From positions 26,201,748 to 26,265,747 of the forward strand of contig CM119265.1 of assembly GCA_051294375.1 (NCBI GenBank): a stretch of 64,000 nt of DNA. The letters are read 5' to 3'. Within the stretch, counting starts at the first letter, position 1. Each line of letters opens with the position of its first letter. The position numbers and the translations under genes were made by a program. A model generated the notes under the pieces. That model searched no databases. It saw only the letters and a list, made by a program, of their open reading frames with translations, and was not told where the DNA came from. This DNA is from Paraspadella gotoi (lineage: Eukaryota; Animalia; Chaetognatha). This document shows positions 25,068 through 36,398 of the stretch, piece by piece.

Positions 25068-26324
25068 CATAAGGAATGACAGACTGACCTGACAAACATG
25101 TACAGTCAGAAAAAAAGGCACTTATAAAGAATTGTTTGAAAGACTCAACTCTTGAAGATACACATACGAACTGCACAAGGTAGATTTTTGTGAGTCGGTA
25201 ACGAGAACCTCCGCTGGTCCAAACAGCAAGGAGGGGGAGAGCCTTCATCCACGAGGGTTGCTTGTGACGGCGCGGAGTCTTCTCCCTTCCCTCTTCAAAT
25301 AAACAAAAAATTCTTCAATGGAAGCGCCACGGCGGCGCGCCGTATAAGTTTTAAGGATTTTGAGATTTCTTTATTTTTTTATTTAGTACTTAAACTTTTG
25401 TAGTTATTGATACTTGTACGTTTCTGTCTTTCTCTGAGTTTGATTTTACAGAGGGAACCCGGAATTCGATTAATTTTTTCGATTTATTAATCTAAAGACT
25501 GAATTTTTAAATTTTTACTTGAATCTGAAATTAAATTGTTTTTATTAACCAAACGGTTGAACTACCGTGAACGAATCCAGGAACCCTCGCCACGAAATTT
25601 TAGCTGATTTTTCTAGGCACTTCAAATTCTCGACTTGAATGGCGAATGAAGAAATCTTACTTTCTTTATTGCACATTTTAATCTTTTAGCTGTCGGTGCA
25701 CAGGTGAAAGTGTTCCTGTATATTTCTTAACGAGTTAAGGGGTAGGAATTTGTTTTAAAGGCGAATTTCCGTATTTAGATTTGCATGCATCACTCTTTCT
25801 TAATTTTCAATATTATTTTTTAATTCACTTTTTAGTTACATTTACCACGTTTAAATTTGCCATTTACCATAGGTGAACGGCTCCTAAGCTTTTTTCTGTA
25901 TCTTATACTTTATACATAATTTTTGGAAAGTCCGGAACACTAATTTGAGCCCAGTTTTTATTGTTCTGTCATTATTTATTCATTTTTATTGAGCATGCAG
26001 TTATTGCTGGGAAGACAAGGAACGATACCGACCCACATGCTGTGAAATTGTCTTATTATGAATATGTAACATGTATTTATTCAGTGACGAGGTACACTTT
26101 TCTATTAGATTAAATGTTTAGTCCTTCTTCTCCAAATTTAGTCATGAAACTTATGTTTGACAAATGATTTTACTTCTATTTTTAGTTCAGGTTGCACGGA
26201 TATTTTGATACAGTGTTTCGATTAATTCTCTTTCATAGGCCGGTCTGCGACGGCTAGGTCAGGTGCGACCCGAGGAGCTTCCCTACGGCGCCCTGAGATT
26301 CGACAAGGCTTCGAATGGAGGGGT

Positions 26325-26775
26325 GCTAGTTGTCCGCGGTATCGCGGTGCGCAACGCTGGGGCGTTCGCGTAGGGCAGAGACGGAACTCACAACGTTCGA
26401 CGGCCAGAGATTTCGACATCTCGAGTCCCAAGTTTTCACTTGATTCGCCGACGGAACGTCGCACGACTGCACGACAGACAACGAATTAATATGAAGAGAA
26501 AGCAAATATTCTGGTATAATTTTTAACTTTAACTTTAGAGAAAAGTCCAGAGCAGTTGCCTCGTTAAGCCGCGACGCGAACGTTTTCACGTTGCATTATA
26601 AGGTGTGCTTTTAAATGTGCTTTTTTATCGTTTTTAAATCATTGTCTTGTTTTTGAATACAACTTGCACGTATCGCCGTGATTGCATCGCAATATCAAAT
26701 AAACATTTTTAAAACATCGTTGGATTTCTACGGTCGATCGTCTAAGAGAAAGTCAGCAAAAATAAACAAATTTTG
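26325..26775 (+). repeat. ~430-bp direct repeat, copy B (right of the MULE transposase)
   Basis: Colinear with 21715-22150. Confidence 0.85.
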
Positions 26776-28112
26776 ATATTAGTAACTAAACATTCGTGTC
26801 AATATGGCGGTCCAGCCTCTATCGAACGAATCTCACCATCTAGTTATCTATATGCTGGCCAATACATCATATCAATGTCAAATCTAGTTGACCTGCTTAC
26901 ATATTATATCAGTATACAATGCATCGAATTATTAATGAAGTTGCAATTAATAATCGTCACCATCTTATTATTTCATCTAAACTATAACAATTAGACATAC
27001 TAGAATGCAAATGCTTTTATTAAGAAAATGCCAATCTAGATTTAACGAGATTCCCGGTTTGATTAAATCTCGAACTCTTTGTCCCGACCCGACCTCCTTC
27101 TTTTACGGCCGTAAAACCTTCCAAGAGAGGCCGACACGAAAAAAAAATTTTAAAAAATCACAAATAAAATAAAAAAATGGCCCATAAAAATTAAAAGAGG
27201 AAATAAAAATTATTAATAAAATTTTGACGATGAAATCTCAGCGCTTCAGAGAAAAAAGAAGAAAACCGTTGAGAGAGAAAGGGGAAAAAACCCAGGGTTG
27301 GAGGTGGAATTGATGGGGTAAGATGATGGGGTAAGTTAAAGATGATGGGGTAAGAAAAAGGTGAGTGATGGAAGGTTAAGACATAAGGGGTTAGTGAATT
27401 TGAAGTGAGAGGGGGCGATGATTGGTGAGGTAGTTAACGAACCATTGATAAGTCGGCGGGGAATGTGAAAATGAGGTGAATAAGTGATTGTAATTAACAA
27501 TGGTTGATGGGGAAAGGAAAGTGAAATTGCGAAAAGATGGGTAATGGTTAAAGACTAAAGACTAAAGGACAGAGAAAGAAAGGAGTGATACGAATTGTAA
27601 GTTTATATGAAAAAATTGCGAGATTACTCGTTTTCCTATGTTAAACTAAATTAGACAAAACGAATTTAAAAGTTTAATGTATTTCGCATAAATATTAGAT
27701 TTAATTCATTTTTCTTTCATATTTATTAATGCACAAAGAGAAGAGGGAAGGTAGGGTTGTTTTCTGAAAATAGAGGGAAAGTGGCATCGCAACCTTCGAA
27801 GCTTCATCAAGATTCTCTCTCTTCAACTGTTCAGTTATTCAAATACTTGTCCTGTAAATAGTCAGACGAAGTATTGTTATTGTTATCGCTTTGTTACTGT
27901 TGGAGAATACAAATCATTCTCGATCCGAACCTTCGTCTCGTTAACAGCTAATGCCACAGGAGCATCTATACAACAAAGTCATATGTATATGAATGATAAG
28001 TTGAAAAGTAAATTGCGAATTATAGCGATGAACGAATGAATGTAAAAAGTGTGGAGCGATAGTGATGGGGCTGCTGAAAGAGAACGGAGCTGGCGAACAG
28101 CATCTCGCGGAC

Positions 28113-28385
28113 GTGGAGTGAAATTGAAGCCATATTGCAGCGCTAATCTAGCGCCGTGGAGCCTTAATGCAGCGCCAATCTAGCGGAGTGAAATTGAAGC
28201 CATATGCAGCGCCAATCTAGCGCCGTGGAGGTGAAATTGAAGCCATAATGCAGCGCCAATCTAGCGCCGTGGAGTGAAATTGAATCCATATATGCAGCGC
28301 CAATCTAGCGCCGTGGAGTGAAATTGAAGCCATTATGCAGCGCCAATCAGCGCCGTGGAGTGAAATTGAAGCCATAATGCAGCGC
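28113..28385. repeat. ~42-bp satellite (GTGGAGTGAAATTGAAGCCATAATGCAGCGCCAATCTAGCGCC)
   Basis: About 6-7 head-to-tail units with no spacers, followed by a ~33-bp GC-rich repeat at 28483-28586. Confidence 0.9.
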
Positions 28386-29193
28386 AAATCTCTCGCAACA
28401 AGGTTTCGCTTTCTTTTCTTTTTCGCGTCATTAGTTTCGTGCATAAATTACGGAGACGCGTGACGTCTGGTGGGGAATGGAGGCCGGAAATCGGCGTGGT
28501 GCAGCAAGGACTTGACCGGAAATTGGTGGGGCGCAGCCGGGACTTGGCCCGAAAAATCGGCGGGGCGCATCAAGGACTTGCCGGAATGTGATTAAACAAT
28601 AACAGAATAAGTTAGTCAAACATTTTTCTTCCAAACCGCGCCGGAGAAAATAGATTTCGAAAACCATTAAGAGTTTTAGAGTAATGAATTTTTTTATATT
28701 TTGCATCAGGTTTATGATCCCACCACGGTATAAGTTTTTTAAAGCAACCAATCACGTGATTCGAGAGAAACAAATCGTGGCGATGATTTAGATCTGAGAA
28801 CTCAAAGGCATCGATGTGCAGTGAAGACTTGAGACCCAACTGTTTATTCGAAGAGTCTTTTGAAATATCGCCGCTCAAGCATGTGGTACATTGGTCACGC
28901 TGATCTGTTCATGGGTCAATCAATCGAGATTCACAAAAGACGATTGCAATGGCGTGGGAAGAGAAAAAAAGTGAGAAAGAAGAGAGATGAGAGAGAGAGA
29001 GAAGAGAGAGAGGAGAGAGAGAGAGAGAGAGAGATGAGAGAGAGAGAGAAGAGATGAGAAGACGACGACGACGACGACGACGACAATGACGATGATTAGT
29101 AACAAGGCACGCTTCAGTATCAAATATTGATACCTTTAACTATTATGAAAAATTCAAAAGAATTTTAGNNNNNNNNNNNNNNNNNNNNNNNNN

Positions 29194-29650
29194 GCCGTTG
29201 GAGTGAAATTGAAGCCATATGCAGCGCCAATCTAGCGCCGTGGAGTGAAATTGAAGCCATAATGCAGCGCGCCAATCTAGCGCCGTGGGAGTGAAATTGA
29301 AGCCATAATGCAGCGCCTATCTACGCCCGGGTGGATGTGATGATGTTGTTGTATTCTCTTATAATAGCGTTATAGCAGCCAATCTAGTCAGTCCTCGTCT
29401 GGAGTGAAATTGATGGGTGCGAACTATAAGTGCTAAACTGGTCTTTCTGCACTGTGGAAAGACGAGACCAAGTCTAGATCTCAAACAGTTGAGTACGCTG
29501 AAAAGTATGAAGCCTTTCACATGCAGTGCGCCAATCTAGCGCACTCTCTCTTTTCGGTGTGGAGTGAAATGAATCCATAATGCAGCGCCTAACTCAGCGA
29601 CTTTTTGATGCGAATTATTTGCCCCCCGTGTGGAGTGAAATTGGGTGACC
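29194..29650. repeat. Same 42-bp satellite, decaying into noisy sequence after a 25-N gap
   Basis: Three clear units followed by degenerate ones. Confidence 0.8.
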
Positions 29651-30525
29651 AGCCTCTCCTTAATACAATGCTTCTAAGCCGTCTTATGCATCTTTCTCGC
29701 GCGAACAAGTTTCGATTTCTCTCGGCTATCTCGTAATGTTCTTCTTTTAATTATGCCTTAATTGTTTCTCCTCTCTCGTGTGTCCATAAGTATTACTGAG
29801 TGCAGCGTGTGATTGGATCGAATTGGACAAAAAAAAGTGCGGGACATAAAGTTGATCCGGAAATGTCTCACGCGAAGAGTGCAGTCGGTCGAGCGTTGCA
29901 CGAGGGGTTGACGTGCGCGAGTCGTCAAGTCCGTCACAGGCGGTACGTCACCTGTTCCTCGTCGAGAGAATTCTGTCGTGGGTTTGTGACATGGCGTCGG
30001 CCGGCGTGTGTCGCTAGTGCCGGAATGGCTTTGCTGTCCGACTGTGTATATAGCCATCGGCTTAACTTTTACGAGCATTTAATTATTGGAGCTTCGGCAG
30101 ACGGAAAATGGGGTCCGTCCGCAATTTGGATTAGTTTGCAATATTAATTCGAGATATTGATTCCATCGTCGATTCTCCGCTATCAATTTTCGGTCCGACT
30201 GTTGGATCAATTTAGGACAACACCTTAGCGCAAAATAGTAATACAAAACTATTATTTTAAGTTGAAGTAGTTAGTTTGGTAAGATACGGTTCGTTAGAAA
30301 GCGAACTGAAATTAAAATATCTACTAATAGACCTTAACGTTCGCAACATTCTCAGTCAAAATTTCGGAATATCGTGAACGAAACAATATTTGCCAAATCT
30401 GAAGGGAAAACAGTAATCGGAAAATCTGTGATGAAAATTGAGGCGAGACGCAATTCAGGAAATTCGGCGCGAAAATATTGATCATAAAACACACTGACCT
30501 AAAAGGCGGCAAATTGCCGAGAGAG

Positions 30526-30624
<99 letters not shown>

Positions 30625-31117
30625 CGAAGGATGTAGACTGTTTAGTTTCTTGAATACGGACTTCACAGTCGCCGATTTTGACGACGACGAACGACGACGA
30701 CGACGACGACGACGACAGTCAAACTTCTTCTATTTATCATTCATCGAAATCTGTTCTCGTTCTCGTTTAGAAAAAAAACTCGAATTAAGTTTTATTTTTA
30801 ATTCGAACAATCGCCATCCTTGAAACGATACAAACATTACATTTTTCACCGAAAAATATTCAATTAATTATAACATTATATAAATCAAAAAACAAAGAAA
30901 AACTAATCTCAATTTATACGAATCGAAAACAAATTTGTAAACAAAGAAATAAAACAAAAATAAAAACAAAACGAACTAAATGTCGAAAAATAGTTAAAAC
31001 TTTCGATTCTTGAACAACTTTTGCCGATCTTTATCTTTAGAATAACATGAACTAATTCGTGGCGTAAGTTTTAATAATCGTTAAAATCTGCTTACGCGAT
31101 CAAGACTCTCGCAAAAA

Positions 31118-32356
31118 ATGTTCCCGTGTTCCGTTTGTGGTGAAACTTTCTCCGAAATGGAATCATTAAAAGATCACCTGAAAAATCACTGCAACGAAAA
31201 AGGTGATGACTCATCCAAAAAAACTCTCGATAGTCAAGATTTAAAACCCTCAAAGAAAAAACAATACAAATGTGAATTATGTCAAAAGTGTGTCTCGTCA
31301 CCGATGAGACTAAAGTTACATCTTCGAGGTCATACAAACGAGAAACCGTATCAATGCGAACTTTGTCCAATGACCTTCTCTGCCAAGCAACAACTAAAAA
31401 AGCATTCCTTTGTGCACGCAACGGATAAGAATTTCAAATGCGAAATTTGTGAAAAGTCTTTTTTATACAATGAGGATCTCGGAAGACATCGTTTCACGCA
31501 TTCACAAGTTAAACCTTATATTTGTGAAGTTTGTCTGAAGTGCTTTAAAAGTAAAGTCGCTTTAAGAAATCATCTTATTACTCACACAGAAAAAGAAGTG
31601 GAATGCCAATATTGTTGCAAAACATTTTTAAAAAGTTGGCATCTTAATAGACATCTTGCGGTCCACTCAAAAGAAAAACCACATCAATGTGATATTTGTC
31701 ATAAATTCTTTAGAGCAAAAAATGATCTAAAAGTGCACTATTTAGTTCATAAAAATGAGAAAAAGTTTAAATGTGAAATTTGCCTTAACTTCTTTAAACA
31801 CCAGTCTGCTCTTAAGAAGCATCAGCTCACGCACACGAAAGAAAAACCATACAAATGTGAGATTTGTCCAAAGCGTTTTTCAACTCATACTGGTTCTAAA
31901 GATCATATTTTAACCCATACGAAAGAGAAGCCGCACAAATGCGAAATCTGTCAAAAGTGCTTTTCCGTAAAAAGCACTCTCACGAAGCATTATCGAAGGC
32001 ACACACAAGAAAAACCATTTAAATGTGATATTTGTCAAAAATTGTTTTATGAAAGCGGGGATCTTCGAAAGCATCATTTTACTCATACAAAAGAAAAACC
32101 ACACAAATGTGAAATCTGTCAAAAGTGCTTTTCTCTAAAATGCAGTCTTAAATCGCATCTTTTAATGCATTCTAATGAAAGACCACACGAATGTGAGATT
32201 TGTAAAAAATGCTTCAAATCACCAAATAAACTGAAAATACATCAACGAACTCATGCAGTAGATAAAATAACATATGAATGTGAGATTTGCCATCAGCATT
32301 TTGCTAATAAACCTAGTGTAGCTCGGCACATTCAGAGAAAACACAAGAAAGAGTGA
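31118..32356 (+). CDS. C2H2 zinc-finger protein, 412 aa, 14 fingers, single coding exon
   Basis: One N-terminal finger plus 13 tandem C-x2-C-x12-H-x3-4-H fingers with HTxEKP-type linkers; AAAAATG start context; no KRAB, SCAN, BTB or ZAD domain evident. Confidence 0.95.
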   Translation: MFPCSVCGETFSEMESLKDHLKNHCNEKGDDSSKKTLDSQDLKPSKKKQYKCELCQKCVSSPMRLKLHLRGHTNEKPYQCELCPMTFSAKQQLKKHSFVHATDKNFKCEICEKSFLYNEDLGRHRFTHSQVKPYICEVCLKCFKSKVALRNHLITHTEKEVECQYCCKTFLKSWHLNRHLAVHSKEKPHQCDICHKFFRAKNDLKVHYLVHKNEKKFKCEICLNFFKHQSALKKHQLTHTKEKPYKCEICPKRFSTHTGSKDHILTHTKEKPHKCEICQKCFSVKSTLTKHYRRHTQEKPFKCDICQKLFYESGDLRKHHFTHTKEKPHKCEICQKCFSLKCSLKSHLLMHSNERPHECEICKKCFKSPNKLKIHQRTHAVDKITYECEICHQHFANKPSVARHIQRKHKKE

Positions 32357-33836
32357 TGACTCTTATTTGAAAAAACATATTCTAATCCTTTGGTTTCGTG
32401 TTCTCGCTCTCTGTGTACTAGGGTGTAGTGAAAGTTACATACGAAAATTAAAAATATCAATTATGAACAACATACCATCAGTGAACATTAATTTGTAAAA
32501 AAAATTAATTATAAGTTCTTTAATTCTCGCAGTAGGCTATATTTATATATAGTACTATTCTTATAAAATCGAAAAATTTCAAAATAGGCTTTTCTTAATT
32601 AAAATATAAAATAAAAGATGATAAAAGAAAATATAACTCATTTTTGAAAATTCTTTCATTAATTGGGTTAAAAATTAAAAAAAACTATATTTACTATATA
32701 AAATTTTAATTTTCAGCTTAAAATAAAGGTTTTTTATATATTTGATCAACTTAATGAAATAATTTTTAAAAAGAGTTAATTTCTTTTTATCAACTTTTCA
32801 TGACGAATCCAAGAGACGTTTTTAATATTCAATTGTTTAGTTTAGTTCTTGTTAATAGTTTAGTTCTTGTTAATATCAATTGTTTAGTTTAGTTCAGTTC
32901 TTTAGTATTTAGATCTACTTCTCCCGTATATTTTATCATCCCTGACTTCTGACATCTTCATCTTTGTTGTTTTTCTATCTTTTCAATGACTATCATTACG
33001 TTAATTTTCTCAAGATGTTTGTACAGCGATATATATTGTTAACGCGGAATAGTTTAAAATTAAAAATAAATATATGCATGAAATTTGACATTTTCTCGTT
33101 GGTCGTTCTCACTTATTGTGTCCATTCGGTTCAGAAAATATTCGTAGATTGATTTAATAAAAATTTTCAATAATTTTTTAACTTTGACCCTTTCTAAACA
33201 AAATTTTAAAATGGAAGTATTATTTAACGGGGAGACCAGATATGGGATAAGGCGCTTAGCGTGTTAAAGATTTACTATCAAGAACTTCTTTGCCCGCCAT
33301 CACCAACAATAGAGTCCGTGACTTCTATGTTTTCAATGGACCCAAAGCGGCTTACGGCCGTCCTCACGCTTCCCACCTGTGGACAGAATCCGATAACTAA
33401 TGCTCATCAGCCCTACGAGTGACAATGAACTCGTCGTTTTTAGACCGAGATGAACTGTTGCAAAACCCAGATAATCCAGTGGCAGCGGAAAAAGAAGTAA
33501 AAATTAGCGGCGTCACCGATGAACAGCGAGAGAAAAGAAAAGAAATTAGTTTCGATTCTCAAGAAGAAGAAAAAAAGTCGAGGGAAATTAGAGGTGGCGG
33601 TCTTTTGTAGAAGTGGCGGTCGCTTTAGGCTAAACGAGCGTAATAAAGTCAGATTAGAAATCTGACTGAATTAAAAAAAAAAAAAAAGGATAAAAGTCTT
33701 GATTGAGCAGAAAAGAAAAAAAAAATTGTTGATCAGAGAATCGAACTGAGAATCAAAAGTCTGAATCAAAAACGTGTGAGGAATTATTTTCACAAAGGGT
33801 AAAATATTTTATCCTGTGAGATACACACACACCCTC

Positions 33837-33915
<79 letters not shown>

Positions 33916-34330
33916 CTCAACGTTTGAGCCACTGGCAGTAATTCGCATCTGTTAAACCATCTCTTTTCTTAAGTTCATTAAGTGGGCGTGACCGCTGCCG
34001 CCGCTGCCGCCGCTGCCGCCGCAGCACCAGCAGACACCGCTGCGCTGCCGCCGCCTCTGCCGCCGCTGGCAGCGCATCCGATCATCAAATAAAACTCAAG
34101 ATCAGGACTTTTTTCGCACCAGAGAATATTTTAATCTCGTGGTGAAGAGAAGGAAAAAAAAAGGGGAAAAAAATGAAAGGTGAGAAGGAAAAAAGGTAAG
34201 GAGAGGCTGATGGAACATAAAAGAGGCCGACGTTAGGTTAAACTTGGTAAAGTATTAAATCGCTTATTAAATAAATGTTATATCGGGATATCCGTTGGAA
34301 TTGGAAACCGGGAAAAAATAAAATAAAAAA

Positions 34331-34470
34331 GTGTCTTATATTCCCGGAGCACCCCATTTCATCTTAAATTTGGAATTAAGCCAGGGTTAGCGATGGTGGT
34401 TAAGAATTGAATATTAAATATTAAATATTAAAATTAAATACAATAGAATAGGGCTCTGTAGGAAAAGAGA
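34331..34470 (+). mobile_element. MITE-like TTAGGG-family element (short, degenerate copy 2)
   Basis: ..TATTCCCGGAGCACCCCATTTCATCTTAAATT.. at the left and GGGCTCTGTAGGAAAAGAGA at the right. Confidence 0.45.
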
Positions 34471-35384
34471 AAAAAAAAGAAATCGGGCGGAAAGACTCCT
34501 CAGAAAACTTCTTTGGTTTGTGTGAAAGAAAAAAAAAGAAAAAAAGCAAACTGTTTAAAAAAAGCAAAAAAAGCAAAAATGTTGTAAGAAGAAACTACGG
34601 AAATAAATCAGACGCGAAACGAAGCGAAAAGAAGCGTTTGAGCTTCACGCTTTTCCTGGTTTCAAGTTTCACGTCATTTTGTGTATTTTTTAAAAAAATT
34701 ATTTGAAAAAATTTTTACACAAATTTTTACATTATTTTTTTCAAAATTTCAAATAGATATGACTGTTTTGGGAATTGTTTAAAAAAAAATCTTTAAACTT
34801 ACTCGTAAAATTTAACTTTTTTTCATTTAAAACATTCCTAGTTAATTCTCATCTCACGGATCCAATTAAAACATTTTCGAGTTTTTTCAATTCGAACTTT
34901 TGCTCGTTTCCAACTTTCCTCATTTTCCAATTTTTCTTAATTTTCTTTCCTTTCCACCCTCATTTTCTTACCCCTCCTTTTTCCTTATTTTTTCCCCCCT
35001 TTCCCTTTAATTTTTTTCACCCTCTTCACCCTAATTTTCTCATCAACTTTCCCACTAAATTTCCTCCCCTTCCTACCTTTTTTCTCCCCCTCTTCCACCT
35101 AATTTTCTTCCCCTTTTAATTTTCTCCCTCATTTTTTCCAGCTAATTTTTCCTCCCACCTTCCCTCTAATTTCTTTCCCCCTACCCCCTTTTTCTCTAAT
35201 TTTCTAACCCTAATTTTTCCCCCTTATTTCCTACCCTCTACCTCCCCTTACCCCCCCACTTTGCCCCTTTAAAACTTTCTCGTCTCCTTCAATTTCAAAA
35301 ATTCTCTCTTCCGAACGAATTCTTTCGCCTGAAAGAAAAAAACAGGAGATGTTGAGATTTGAAAACCCCGAAGTTTTTTCCCGC

Positions 35385-35870
35385 CGATGACGACGACGAC
35401 GACAACGACGAATACGGCGAAGATGAAGGCGAAGACGACGACCACGACGACGACGACGATGAAGATGAAGGCGAAGACGACGACGACTACGAGGGCGACA
35501 ACGATGATGAAGATGATGACGACGACAACAAAGACGGCGAATAATACGTTGATGACGACAATGCCGAATTGGCGATGATGGTGATAGCGACGACGATGAC
35601 GACGGCGACAACGATGACGACGGCGACGACGATGACGACGGCAACGACGATGACGACGGCGACGACGATAAAAGCAAGGGCGAAAAAGATAAGGACAGAT
35701 GCAAAGGTTGTTAAAGAAGTCACGGAAGTTATCTTCAGCTCACCGCCACGGGACAAAGTTAGAAGGATCGTCGAGCAAGAGCAAAGACAAGGAACAAGAC
35801 GATGGTGACGGCAAAGGCGAAGTCAAGGGCGATGGCAAAGGCGATGGCAAAAGCGACGACGAAGACGAAA
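35385..35870. repeat. (GAC/GAT/GAA)n trinucleotide-rich low-complexity tract
   Basis: Directly visible; no single long acidic reading frame. Confidence 0.7.
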
Positions 35871-36150
35871 GACGAAAATCCCATCGGTTTTTGTTTTGGT
35901 TTTTCAGTGAAAGACGAAGGGCGAAGGCCGAAGATCTCTTCGTCTTTATGTCAGAATTTTTGTTAAAAAAGTTGAAAGTTTAATTTTTAGTTGTCGCCTT
36001 TTCCAGTTTTTCAACCCGTTGTATACAAATTTCTGCACAACTAAATCCTTAGTTTTCACGCTCCGTGACAAAGTGAATTATTGGTGAGCTCATGTCAGCT
36101 CCGTTCTGCCATTTCTTTAAATTTTCAATGCTCAAGTTTTTCGCCCTTTT

Positions 36151-36398
36151 CGGCCGTATTTTCCCTGAACGCCCCTTTTTATCTTAAATTCGGAATTATA
36201 GGAAATAGAGTTTGGGATAGAGTTTTGTGTTAGGAGTTAGAGTTCGAAATTAGGGATAAAAGGTTTGAGATTAGGTTAAGGATTAGGGTTATAAATTAGG
36301 TTATAAGTTATGATTAGATTATATGTTTAAAAATATATTTAGGCTAAATAAATTCTGGGATAAAGGAACAAAAATGGGGCGCTCTGCTAAGGAAATAC
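36151..36398 (+). mobile_element. MITE-like TTAGGG-family element (copy 3)
   Basis: CGGCCGTATTTTCCCTGAACGCCCCTTTTTATCTTAAATTC...TTAGGG-like array...GGGGCGCTCTGCTAAGGAAATAC. Confidence 0.6.

Noticed and set aside
28113-28385. CRISPR-like array
   Set aside because: Units are head-to-tail with no unique spacers, there are no cas genes, and the context is eukaryotic.
33230-33420. Hammerhead ribozyme (CTGATGAG on the - strand)
   Set aside because: No stem II closing onto a properly placed GAAA; possibly a SINE fragment, unsupported.
35359-35983. Acidic protein exon
   Set aside because: The Asp-rich frame is broken by a stop and a frame change, and no convincing splice sites were found.
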